This document shows, piece after piece, positions 27,502-40,085 of a stretch of 64,000 nt of DNA (positions are counted from its first letter, which is position 1; every line of letters starts with the position of its first letter). The notes under the pieces were generated by a model. That model was not told the origin of the DNA and searched no databases. It was given only the letters and a program-made list of their open reading frames with translations. Origin of the DNA: Mytilus californianus (taxonomy: Eukaryota); contig NW_026262581.1 of the NCBI RefSeq assembly GCF_021869535.1, positions 86,056,001-86,120,000 on the forward strand, written 5' to 3'. Both the position numbers and the translations under genes were made by a program.

Positions 27502-28203
27502 TATACCTCAGTATGTGTTTTTCTATATAAAAAAGAATAAAATATATGTGCTATTTCATTCCATAGACTATTTGCCAGTCAATAGTTTCAAAGACTATTA
27601 CCCCGGTCAATAGTTTTATAAACATATTTCCCGTACTTTTCCATACTAATTTTTCATTGGACAATGACGTCATTGACTATTCTGCTTGGATTTGTGCGCG
27701 CTTGGCAACGTTAAACTCTGAAATATCGTGAACGATATAATCTGTATGTGTCTGCAAGGATTTGTATAGTGATATCTCACTATACAAATCCTTGGTGTCT
27801 GTCGTCGTTATTTCAAATTGGTATATTACTTTCCAGAAGCAATTACAAAAGAAAAAGAAAATCTACGTGACATATTTTAAGAACTAAAACATAACAAATG
27901 TATAGTATGGGGGTGTCGTCGTCTTCATAATCTGGATTGCTTTAGTGTACGGTAATATGTGATAGCTAGCGTTTATTATATGCACGGGAATTTTTACCCA
28001 AGGATTCCTGGTCTTGATTACAGTAAATAAAATATTGACAAATACCAAAAAACATGATAATTCACATTGTGCATGTTTATGTGACTATTTGTTTTTTTTC
28101 CAAGTGGTGTATGTAGTCTTTTTAGAATGTTGTTTTGTTCGGTATAATAAAACACTAGTTTACTGACTGGTTATGAGTGTAATAGCAAGTCAATAGGTGT
28201 ATA
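27502..28203. mobile_element. Same element, copy 2 (hairpin collapsed, 40-bp palindrome inserted)
   Basis: Direct visual alignment with 17117-17878. Confidence 0.7.
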
Positions 28204-28552
28204 ATATTAATCGGTACACATACAACGGATTAAGGGTAAAAAAAAATCATAAAGCATGTCCTTGTTCAGTGTCCTTGTGCAATGTCCAAATTTAAATATT
28301 ATGAACACGGTGTAGGACAATCAAGAGTTAATAACTGTGTATGGCAATACCCATTAAGTTATGTTGTACTTCATAAAACAAAATCAATGTTAGTTTGTAC
28401 AACTCTTGCTATTTATATAACATAGAATCGATCATTTCTTATCTGAAATTACAAAATAATGTTTTACCAACATTGTTTCGTAACACCATAATGAGACAAC
28501 ATTTATGTTTTAAAACTTTTTGACAGAATATAGTTGTTTTTATAAAAGTCTA

Positions 28553-29128
28553 AATTGAAAACAACGTTCAAACCTATGATTGCGTTGGATAAAAACCGCA
28601 ATTTTTATACGTGTGCATGTAAAACAAATTTCTTGGTAGAGGGGTCTAAATACAGCACAAACAACAATTTCCAAAAGACCAAAAAAAGTGAAAAAGTCTA
28701 TTTTAACAAAACGCATTTGACTAACAGGTCGAACAACTGATGTTCTTAAACCCTGCTGACTGCCATAGGCGATTGCCAAATAAATTGATCACCAGATCTA
28801 ACGAAATGAATCTTAATATTAATTTAATACCAAACAGAAAACAATAAACTTGTGGAAAAGATGGTATACCACAAACATTAGGTGCAAAAATTTGTACACC
28901 ATATCCGGATTTCGACAATTAATGTCTCTTCAGTGATGTTAGGGATCGAAACGGTATTTGGAAGGCCATATAATTTACCTCAATTTAGGATAGACTCTTG
29001 AATTTTAAAGAGTCGGAATAGGATGACCGGATCAGCAGTCAGCAGGGTTTAAGAACATCAGTTGTTCGACCTGTTAGTCAAATGCGTTTTGTTAAAATAG
29101 ACTTTTTCACTTTTTTTGATCTTTTGGA
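28553..29128 (-). mobile_element. Non-autonomous Penelope-like/retrozyme-like element with hammerhead and about 104-bp inverted duplication
   Basis: About 28661-28762 is the reverse complement of 29035-29128 with 2 mismatches; the hammerhead lies between the arms. Confidence 0.55.
28896..28939 (-). ncRNA. Minimal type I hammerhead ribozyme (Penelope/retrozyme type)
   Basis: ACAUCA-CUGAAGA-GACA(UUAAU)UGUC-GAAA-UCCGGA-UA/UGGUGU: intact core, stem I and stem II, palindromic stem III AUCCGGAU, AUA cleavage triplet. Confidence 0.8.
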
Positions 29129-31102
29129 AATAGTTGTTTATATATATATATATATATATAACATTTCTTTTCGTCGGAGATATAAACTTATTTCAGAAAC
29201 ATGTATGAGATTAAGATACAGATTAGATGTCAAACTATGTTGTAGTATATAAGATTTTAAATAACTATAATATCATTTTGACTCTGGTGGATGGTTTTTA
29301 TGGGGAATCATACCACATCTCCTTATTTGTATATTTCACACAAAACCCTTATCATTAAAAGAAGGATTTGTTTTAATAACCTTATTATGGAAAATCTCGT
29401 GGAAAAATAATTATTTCGTGTTGAAGAAAAATTATCCGGTATGAAAAAATATGTTCAATTCAAATTGGACAGCGTATATGATTCGCAAATACGGAAAATG
29501 ATTCTTATTTATTCAATATTTTAAAAGTCTTATTACTTTTTTAAATATTTTGATAATAAAGAAGATTAATTTGCTTTGAATAAATATGCTAACATTTTAT
29601 TGCATCCCCGTGTCTTTCCTATCCTTATTCTGATGTTAGATGGCTGGGTGTCCATAAAAAGGGATATAATTCATGTAAATTTCTAATCCTTAAAGAGTAC
29701 AAAATTCAGATATGGAACTCATGATGAAGATTTTATCAATGTATGAGATGTTTTATACCTATAAGACTTATTTCAAGTTGTTCATGCGTTATTGTCAAAA
29801 TATCTTAATTTTCTAGTCACATTATATAACAGACTGTAATTCCTTTTTTTAAATTATAACTCCATCTCATTTGGAAAAAAATAAAATTTACATGGTTTTT
29901 ATTTTCTGTTAATATAGTTAGATCGCCTTTTAATTTGCTTACATATAACCTAATTCTGGACCAAGGGAAACATTTAACGCTAACATTTACATCTTCTTTT
30001 AATATTTCCTTTTTAATAATAGGTTATATTTAAGCAAGCTTCATTTTCGGGATCAAATTAAAAACGCAACGGACAAAATTCAAACTCTAGGAGCTGTTTG
30101 TTTAATTATCATATACACGAAAAAAGAAATAATATGCTTAATATTTTTTTTCCAATTGGAAATAACCCACACGATTATGACCTATGTGGGATAATCATTT
30201 TTGCTAATATTAAATGTGCTTTTTGCTACTCCCTTTTGGTCAAACGAGGAAGAAAAAACAACGATAGTCCACAAAACATTGCCCACAAAAATTATAAACT
30301 TGAGTCACTCAAACCATCGATGATCTAACCAAATACTGTAGGAAGATATTGGCACTCATACAGAAAAATATGTAGCAAAAAAAATTGATAAATTATTATT
30401 AAATAAGGAAGACTATGCACTTAAACATGAGACTTCTTGAAGACTCAATCTTTTCTCTGTTATCTGTATATCTTGGAAGAGCAACTGATAAAGTGAAGAA
30501 AATCAAATAAAACCAGAAAGTGCATGACAAAAAAAAATGAAAAAATGCACACACACAAAAAGATTTATATCTTAAAGTCATTTAAAAGGCGAAGAATACG
30601 TGAGTTCACGCCTCTAGCGGAATTGGGGAGTAAAAACGTGTGTAGTTAGTTTCGCGAGTTATCTCCCTTAATTTAACAATGAAAATTCAGTGACCGCATC
30701 GTTAGCGAAAAATGACTACTTATTTAAAAAAAAGAAAAATGCGTGCAATGTGATAAAACTGTGATGCTTTTACTCCAATCACCAATCTGGGTATGCATAT
30801 TTATGTCAAGCTGATCATGACAACAATTTGGACATACTGGAAAGTGAAGATGACTGGACAGACGGAATAAACATTGTACTGTATAACTGTTTCATTTATC
30901 TGATCTCGTAAAAAAATCTAACTTTCTGTAATATTACAGATCATTCATGAGGGGAAATATGGGCTATGTAGTTTCTTATACAAATCAAGTGTATGTACTT
31001 TGTTTATAATTTTGAATACTTACAACAGGGAAGCAACATCAGTAGGTGGAAAAGAAGTGGCAAGTTGATATTTGATACAAACACAAATCTGCAACCACAT
31101 TC

Positions 31103-32037
31103 TTTTTTAGGTCACCTGGTCCAAAGGGCCAAGTGAGTTTTTCTCACCACTTGGCGTCCGTCGTCCGTCGTCGTCTTCATTCACTTTTACAAAAATCTTC
31201 TCCTCTGAAACTACCTAACCAAATTTAACCAAACTTGGCCACAATGATCATTATGGTATTTAGTTTTAAAAATGTGTCCGATGACCCCGCCTGACAACCA
31301 ACATGACCGACAGCGCTAAAAATAGAACACATAGGGGTAAAATGCAAGTTTAGGTTATTATCTTGAAAACCGCTACAAATAGAGAAAATATGACAGAGCA
31401 GAAATGTTCAGAATGATGAAATATAACTATTGTTCATTTAGGTCAAAACTGTCAGACGTCCTCTTATAGGAATTATTGCTCTTGAATGACGATACCAATT
31501 TTTTACATTTTTGTCTACTATTCTGAAAAATATAATAGATAGAGAGAAACTTTAATTAGCAAAAATGATCAGCAAAAAAGGATCTACAAATAAGTCAAAT
31601 GGTCGAAATTGTCTGACGACACCTTATTAGAGTTATTGCCCTTTAATGACGATACCAATTTTTTATATTTTTGTCTACCATCTTGAAAAATGTTATAGAT
31701 AGAGAGAAACTTTAATTAGCAAAAATGACCACCAAAACAGGATCTAAAAATAAGTCAAATGGTCGAAATTGTCTAACGACATCTTATTGGAGTTATTGCC
31801 CTTAAATGGCAATTTTAATCATTTTTTTTTTTGGGGCGTATTTGCCTAATATCTGAAAAAAAGCTGTAATAAATAGATAGAAACTTAGATAAGCAAAAAT
31901 GATCAGCAAGACAAGATCAACAAAAAGAGATTTTTGTCATGAATTCTATTCTAGTCTACAATGTTGAAGAGTGTCCATTGTTGAAGATACACATAGACCT
32001 AAGTGAGCAATAGAGGCTCTAAAGAGCCTGTGGTTTT
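31103..32037 (+). mobile_element. Near-complete HINE/Helitron-N2 type element
   Basis: 5' TTTTTAGGTCACCTG sub-TIR, (CGTC)n, about 160-bp tandem units x3, 3' AAGTGAGC plus AGGCTCT-AA-AGAGCCT hairpin and T-tract. Confidence 0.75.
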
Positions 32038-33355
32038 TCTTGCATACACCTCGCCTTAAAAGTTCTTATAATGAAATCTTCCAACACACCTTTGATGTAT
32101 TCAAGTATTCTAAGCATTTCTTTTTTGGGGCAAGTATTCAAGAAAAATACTCTTATACTATTTGGGTGTTGTACTATATTTCGGGGAATTTAATCATTTT
32201 TTTTTTTACATTATGAAATCTGGAATGATGTTTAGTATCAATAATTTTGTTATTATGCACCAAGAGAATTTTTGATACTGATTATATAGTTGTGTTGGAA
32301 AATTAAAAAAATCGTCAAACACTATATTCATACAGAACGTTGTATGAATAGAAGATGAAAAAGAACGTTTTAAGAATACAAGAATTTGTCGTAACAAACT
32401 GGAATACCACCATTAAATTTAGTTATAAAGTAACGGAGATAGGATCTTCTTGATCACATTTGAACATATATTTAACATTTAGACTTTATAAACAAAAATT
32501 AAATAATAAATGCAAGAGTCGAGGAAATACGGAGGTAAAGTGGCCATACATATATTTGTATCATATATATATATGACTTGTATGTACAAACAAACTTAAG
32601 TACCAGAGAAGTGAGACGATTCAACTTCGACCACTATGGACAATATAAAAATAACGGTATGATGTATGAGTGCCTATGCGACAACTATCCACTAGAATTC
32701 AAATGACGTAGATATAAACAATAATAAGTCACCGTACACCCTTCAACACTATGAGAAAACCCGTATGGTCAGCTATAAAAGGCCCCGACATAAAAATGTG
32801 AAAAATTTCAAACGAGAAAACAAACGGCCTAATTTGATTTTTTTCACATATTATTATGTAGGGGCCTTTTATAGCTTACTTTACGGTATCGGTTTTGTTG
32901 ATTAGCATTCAAAATAAGACCACTCCACGCGAAAGTGGATCCGTTCTGCCAGATTTTGGAAAAAAGGAAGAAACACTTGAAGAGGAAGGTATGTTTTGTT
33001 TATCCCTGGTGAATGTATGTGCGAGCGATGTTCGTTTCTGGTTATTTCAAAATTGAGTTACCTTTCTTACTACACCACTACACCATGTGAGACAGAGCTT
33101 TCTTTCACAAAATAATTCTCATTGATTGGTTGGTTGTTATTTACTTGAAATTCAATATTCTATTCATATTCGTAAGAACAAAGTGCACACTTAATTAATT
33201 TGGTTAATTGGGTTAAATTATACAACAGGTGAGAATTTTGGACTTCAAATAAAAAATAGATGACGAGGATGGACAGAAATAATGACTTTTTGAAATTGGT
33301 TGCCTTTGGACCTACTGTTATAATTAGATTTTCTCCTATGGTTGTCGCCTGTTAT

Positions 33356-33656
33356 CTACGGAAGCCGGTTAGTGTCAGGGTAGAGTTTTATCTTTAAGTC
33401 GTTATAACGACTTAGCTACCTTGTTTTAACGACTTATCAAACTCGTCTAAGCAACTTAGCTAACTCGTGTAAACAACTTAGCTAACTCGTTAAAACGACT
33501 TAGCTAACTCGTCAAAACAAGTTAGCTAAGTTGTTGTAACGAGATAGATATGCTAAGTCGTTATAAGAACTTAGCTAAGTTGTTATAACAAGTTAGCTAA
33601 GTCGTTATAACGACTTAAAAATAAAACTCTACCCTGACACTAACCGGCTTCCGTAG
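33356..33656. mobile_element. 301-bp foldback MITE with TTAT TSD
   Basis: Perfect 34-bp TIR CTACGGAAGCCGGTTAGTGTCAGGGTAGAGTTTT; internal about 20-bp subrepeats (ACTTAGCTAA) in inverted arrays. Confidence 0.85.
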
Positions 33657-35248
33657 TTATCTATTTCTTGCATGAAGAGTTATTTCTCGTATGTAAAAAG
33701 TGAAACGAAAAATATTTTAATTTGATTGTTTTATACGAAAAATATTTTAATTTGATTGTTTTATCCAACATCATGAGACGACATTACGACATGTCCATTG
33801 GCTATTCGTTAGGTCATTGATGACTTTCAAAGGTTAAGACTATGTACATTTCGTTCATAGCAACGGACATATGTGATTTCTTTAATGATATACAAAACAA
33901 TCACACTTTTCACCTGAAAATGTTCTTTTTGTCAAATTTCATTACGTTCTGAAGGGTACAAAATGTTTTAAAATGTCTGATATTAAAATTTGTCGCCGGA
34001 ATAGGACATGTGGCGTAATACTGATATGTTCAAAAGACTATATCAACGATTCGCTGAATTTTGAGAGTTGACCATAAAAAAAATAGGTTTAACAACTCGT
34101 GAGAAATGAATAACGCTTGATACCTAACCTCATTATTTAACTGAAATAGTAATAAAAAACTCACCGAAGGCTCGTTTATTATTATAATGAAATTAAATAA
34201 CTCGAATTGAAGCCTAATATATCTTGTAACATGAACTTAACGTGTGGTAATCAATATATAGAACAAACAGGAGTGTTTTTTTTGTAAAAGAACACAAAAC
34301 ATCTTTACCGCAGACCTAAGAAATGCAAAAGTTTGATTTACCAGTTTTTTGAAAAACACTTAAACAATATTCATTTTATAAAATTCCAACTACTGAAACC
34401 GTGAAAAACAACCATGACCAACGTACAAGTTATAGACAGCATACCCCTTGATCTACATGATAATATCGTGGTAGAAAAGAACATGGCTAAAACATCTGAA
34501 TATTGATATCATGAATATTGTTGATAAAAGACAAGGTAGTCAAAAGTCTCACTGGCAATAGTATATCAACAGGAATCGTCGAATTAAACATCATACTAAT
34601 TTTACTTAATGTTCTCATATAGATAGCTGTATTTAAAAACAATGATAGACATAAATCATGATGCAAAGTCGGAATCGAGGAAACAATTCCCATCACCATT
34701 ATTCGTTTCTGTCGAGTATATGTAGTAATAGGGCTGTTGCAGATTAGAGAAAGGGAAAAAAACTACATGGAGACTGACAATGCAAGAAAAGTCATATAGA
34801 TGTGTCGACCCTGCTTCACAGATATCCTTTAAAAGCAATCTGATTAAAATTCAGATATATTGTAACTCGCTTACTCATCATACGATCTCAAAAGAGGATA
34901 ATGAAGTCAAATCTATATTTTAATTAGATTGTGTTTTAAGTACTACCGAAATTGTGTAAACTTTTTCGATATGCAGATGCAGTTCAACAAATTATAAATG
35001 AATACAAAATTTCATAAAAATCCCAAATATTGTCAAATTACACGTATATTGGCTAAATAAGTATAAAGTATGAAGTTTTTATAATCTTTATAAAGTATAA
35101 CATCGATAAACTGCTGTTGCATCAAATTGTCCAGAAAACTAAATCATAAGTGAGGCCTTTCAGCCATAAAACTTTACTCAGTACTCGGGAGTACAAAATG
35201 TTTGCTCGAAATACCAAATCCAGTATTTTGATTGGTTGATTTCTGAGT

Positions 35249-35999
35249 CTGAGTACAATAATTGTACTAAAATAGTTATGACTGTAAGGCCTGGTATCAA
35301 TGACTGAGTACAATAATTGTACTAAAATAGTTATGACTGTAAGGCCAGGTATCAATGACTGAGTACGATAATTGTACTAAAATAGTTATGACTGTAAGGC
35401 CTGGTATCAATGACTGAGTACAATAATTGTACTAAAATAGTTATGACTGTAAGGCCCGGTATCAATGACTGCAATCTAATTAAAATATAGAACTCGGATT
35501 TCGTTATACTACATTCGTATGTAGTATAACGAAATTATATTTTAATTAGATTTCAATGACTGAGTACGATAATTGTACTAAAATAGTTATGACTGTAAGG
35601 CCAGGTATCAATGACTGAGTACAATAATTGTACTAAAATAGTTATGACTGTAAGGCCAGGTATCAATGACTGAGTACGATAATTGTACTAAAATAGCTAT
35701 GACTGTAAGGCCTGGTATCAATGACAGTACAATAATTGTACTAAAATAGTTATGACTGTAAGGCCAGGTATCAATGACTGAGTACGATAATTATACTAAA
35801 ATAGTTATGACTGTAAGGCCTGGTATCAATGACTGAGTACAATAATTGTACTAAAATAGTTATGACTGTAAGGCCAGGTATCAATTACTGAGTACGATAA
35901 TTGTACTAAAATAGTTATGACTGTAAGGCCTGGTATCAATGACTGAGTACGATAATTGTACTTAAATAGTTATGACTGTAAGGCCTGGTATCAATGACT
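35249..35999. repeat. 55-bp tandem repeat, about 12 copies, interrupted by a mini-element
   Basis: Unit TGACTGAGTACAATAATTGTACTAAAATAGTTATGACTGTAAGGCCTGGTATCAA. Confidence 0.95.
35472..35553. mobile_element. 82-bp palindromic mini-element with 9-bp TSD inside the 55-bp array
   Basis: CAATCTAATTAAAATATA...TATATTTTAATTAGATTT; CAATGACTG duplicated. Confidence 0.75.
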
Positions 36000-36582
36000 T
36001 GTGTTTTTTTAAACTGTTATCACATAATTATTAGTACTGGGATCTCGATTGTGAGAAATTTACTTGGCATATAAGGTCTTCTCGATTTATTTACTACACA
36101 TGTATATAACAGGCATCATTTGTTTGAATTTGCTTGAGTGCATCAAAAAGTGCTTCTTGCATATCATTCAATTTTGCTGTTACATTTTGTCTTATGTCGA
36201 TCTAGCTTAGGACCTTGTTTCTATACAGAAGTTCTGGTGTGTTTCTGTGACATTTACATCTAGTATAAAATAAATTGAGTTTAAAGCTCTAAGATTTATT
36301 CGCAAAGCTTCTACGACTTAATGTGTTCGTCGTTTGCTAAATTTACAGTAAAATGTTATCTTTACATGAAATGTTTTCTGTGTTTTCATTATAATTATTC
36401 ATATGAAAGTTTCCTCCGATCCTATTATCAGAAATGTCCTTGCGGCGAGGTGTCAAACATTGATGAGTTTTGTTACAAGTTTCCAAACTAATTCATTTTC
36501 TTAAAAACCAATAACAGCAAATATAAGAAGTTCTATAAACATAGAAAATGGTACATAACAGTGTCATTTTTGTTCTCATCAT

Positions 36583-36882
36583 TCAATTATCGATGATCCA
36601 CGTAGGATATTGCTTTATTAGTTCGTCATAGTTATGATCAGCTGGAAGACAATTGGACCCCCGTTTCACGCCATACCGCTCGACTGTTACAGCTGATCCT
36701 CTTCTTGACCTTTGTATCGGCTCAACGCGTACAGCATTTTTAGAGGAGATAGCTGCATCTTCAGCGAAATAATTATAAGGCAAGAATAAACAACTGACAT
36801 CCATACCGGGAGATGTTGTGACAGGAAGATCTTCTGTGTGTGGAATGTGATATTGCCCCATAGTAATCCAGGCCACTAAATC
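36583..36882 (-). CDS. AOC: AOC terminal exon (DLVAWITMGQYHIPHTEDLP...IIDN*)
   Basis: Acceptor TTTCTTCAG|GAT, phase 0; third Cu-binding His; PYNYF motif. Confidence 0.9.
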   Translation of the reverse strand, partial: DLVAWITMGQYHIPHTEDLPVTTSPGMDVSCLFLPYNYFAEDAAISSKNAVRVEPIQRSRRGSAVTVERYGVKRGSNCLPADHNYDELIKQYPTWIIDN

Positions 36883-36916
36883 CTGAAGAAAAACAGAAAC
36901 TGTGAATACCAACATT

Positions 36917-37652
36917 GAAAGATGTACACCTCTGAGGGGGCAAAAATTTCAAGAAATAAAGTTTTTTTCTTAACCTGATTTTTGGGTTCATATGACTGTA
37001 AGAAAGTAATTGATGAAGAAAAAATCATATGGTGGTGTACTTTATTTACTACAGCCCTTTGAAAGTACCCATTTTTAATGATTTTCCCATCTATCATCAA
37101 TTTTTACCCATTTTTTGGCTATTATCATGAAAAAAATCAGTTTCACAATTAAACTTTTTTTATACTTTCACTAAAGATGAAGTGGACCAATCTGAATAAA
37201 TTTAAACTATAGGTTGGTGTTAATATTAGAATGTTTAATAAAATTTTGTTGCTTTTTCGTGTCAAATTGACCATACTGTCAATTTTGTAAATTTGTAATT
37301 TTTCTCTTTTTTTTTTTTTTAAACAAAAAGCATATTATTTCAACCTCTTTGTTATAAATGATTGAAAAGAAAAAAATTGATATGGGATTTACATATTTTG
37401 GTAAAATCATTTCTTTGTACTCCTCACCCATTTTCTCAACATTTTGTATGATGGCATTGACCGGTTATAAAATTTGAAAATGTTATTCCTCAAAAACTAC
37501 TCATTGTAAGTAGACAATTTTTTCACAGAGTTAAGTTTGATTATAATATTTTTTAAATTCATTGCTATTTTCCACTTGTATAACATGTTTTGGAAATAAT
37601 TCCCGAACGAGATTTCAACGAAACTGAAACATCAGAAGAATACATCCCTAAG
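36917..37652. mobile_element. Possible Kolobok-type MITE in AOC intron 2
   Basis: Degenerate inverted ends AAGATGTACACCTCTGA / TCAGAAGAATACATCCC. Confidence 0.35.
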
Positions 37653-37965
37653 TAAAGAAAGGAAACAAATATTTTTCAATAAACGCACTAAATGGTATGT
37701 TCAAGCTACAAATTATATCAAGTTTTATGCAAATGAAGCTTATATCTTTTCCTTTCTCTCTTTTTGTTTTCTGGACACAATCTCATTATTCTACCTAGTA
37801 TGTTTAAAGACTCTCGGAAGCCCCCAGTTTTGAGAAGTTTTTGTTGTTCAATTTTTTGTGTTCTGTGTAGTATTTTTTCTTACTTTTTGATATATATATG
37901 TCGTCGATAAATCCATTGAAATATACGTGTACTAATATGTAAACACAGTATATATAAAGACTTAC

Positions 37966-40085
37966 TTCATCTAAAATAGAATCATTGTTGTCAAGGTATT
38001 TCTGGAAATCTACTACTGGTTCTTTAATATCTAAAGTTCCATAAACAGAAGAACTTGTTCGTTCAGACTCGTTATATTTGGTGACTGCCATTTGGTAACG
38101 TGCCCAACTAGCTATTGGTTCATTTCCAGATCCTACCGGTAATAACTGATAAGTCATGCCTTTATTTAAAATTCTATAACTTTTAACATTTCCATATTTA
38201 TCCTTGATTTGTTCGTTGTACATAACTAGGTACTTTGGGGTATCGAAATTAAAACGGCAAGCTGCGTCCTTTTCCGTTTCTTTGACAGAAGTATTAAACT
38301 TGAGTTGAATTAGTTTTTCATTAGGAACATGTGAGAACTTATTTACAATCTGTTCTGTATCTATATCTAATGTTGCAAATCTGTTTGATGTACCCTTAAT
38401 ATCCAGATCGGCTTTTACATGAAATAAATGCTGATGAATTGGTGCTCCAAAATTATCATGTAACTTGAATGTATATTTTTCATCATCTTTTGTATAGAAT
38501 AACGCTCTTACATAACCAGTGCTCGTCACCTTGACTTCTTACGCTCCATTAGGATAGAAAATGAAATCTATTATATAGTCATAATTGCTGATTGTAGGAA
38601 TGGTCCTTAAGACAAGAACTACACTCTCCATTCCTTCGTAAAATCTTCCGTTATCAAATGAGTAAGAATGATGCCTCCTATATGGCACACCTGTATTCAA
38701 TTCAAACAGACAAAACGAGGTCGTTAATTCATATGCACTTACACCTCCTACATGGAAACTAGAGCCAATAAGGGTGACATCTTCAGGACAATCGACACCC
38801 GGAAATAGGACTTTTGATTGCAAGCCTATGAGTGTAATGCTATCCAGAATCTGTGCTAAAATATCATTTGGTTTAAAACCAGAATAAAATACAGAAATTT
38901 CCTGTATACTAAGTTCATAAGCAATGCGTTCGTTCTTAAATCGGATATCATGCAACTGCGGTCCATTTATTGTAGACATTCGAAAATCAAATTTCCAAAA
39001 CATGTATTCAACATGACGTCCTTGAATATTGTATCGCTTACCATCAGGGGAAAACTGCTTTGGGTTTCTAAGCGGGGGGGGGGGGGGGGGGGGGTCCATT
39101 GGAGGAATGCCTCGCTGATTCAACGTAGTAAAATCTTCAGAGCTATATACTGGGAAAGAAGTTTTTGGAATGGTTTCTTTGTTTTGGTTATAAAATGTTA
39201 ACACTTCAGTTACATTATTAAACAGTGAACTATTGAACCAAATCTTTTCAACAGTAAATACCTTAATATCTATATCGACAAGAACAGAAAAATCTAATGG
39301 CCGGTGTAGCGAATACTCTGACATCTGACTTAATGTCGCCCACATTTTTCTATTGTTTTCGCCAGAGAGTATAGGAGAAACATAACCAAAATTAAGACAA
39401 GAATCATTACAATTTGTAAGTCGTGCGCCAAAAATATCAATAAACATAGAACCAAGGAAAGGATCAATGTTTTCTTTCAAGAAATTCAAGACGTTTTGAT
39501 ATTCATTTCCGATAAATGGTGGGCGGTATATGAACTGGATTTTCTGAGGCCTAAATGGCACGGATTTGTAGTATATTGGCGTTGGTAGTGGACCAACTAT
39601 GATTTCCTGAACATAAGGTGGTTGTTCATTTCCTCTGAATATGATAACATGAGCTTCTCTAGGTGGTTTCGTTCCATTCTTATCAAGGTAATTTAAGACA
39701 TCTTGTTTCTCGGGTAAATATAAATCACTTAAAAAAATAAATTTTTTGTCTGTGTCAACGTCTTGAAAGTCTACGAGATTCAATTCTTGTTGATTATATA
39801 AAAACGCTGCAAGTCCTTCAATTTCAGCTCTTGTAAGATGAACGAATACAGAAGGAGTATCTGATAGTTCAAGGTTTATTTTTCCGTATTTTTCACTAGT
39901 GGTTGCACATGTTCCAATTTCTAGCTTGTCATTTTTTTCTGGATTGTTATTTTTTTCTACCTTGTTATTTTTGTCGTTTTTTATAACGACAACGATGAGT
40001 GCTATTGCTAACCCACTAGACAACAATCCGAGTATAAAAGCTATTATCCGCCATCTCTGTCCGGATATGTTGGTATTACTTGGTT
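37966..40085 (-). CDS. AOC: AOC large exon 2 (TM anchor, N2/N3 domains, catalytic domain); contains the internal stop
   Basis: ORFs 38539-40026 and 37804-38529 share one frame, separated by NGA*EVK; donor GAA|GTAAGT at 37965. Confidence 0.9.

Noticed and set aside
30940-31060. Two phase-compatible mini-exons (SFMRGNMGYVVSYTNQV / EATSVGGKEV)
   Set aside because: The implied intron is only 38 bp, too short to be credible; no recognisable homology.
34400-34830. Slightly coding-like stretch with short ORFs on both strands
   Set aside because: Multiple stops in all frames, no motif and no consistent splice sites.
38539-38541. Programmed recoding (selenocysteine or readthrough) of the AOC internal stop
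   Set aside because: The codon is TAA, not TGA, at a hydrophobic non-catalytic position; mutation or error is simpler.
40024-40026. TTG start given by the ORF track for AOC
   Set aside because: It lies inside the TM helix; the frame stays open up to a splice acceptor at 40085, and an upstream ATG exon fits.
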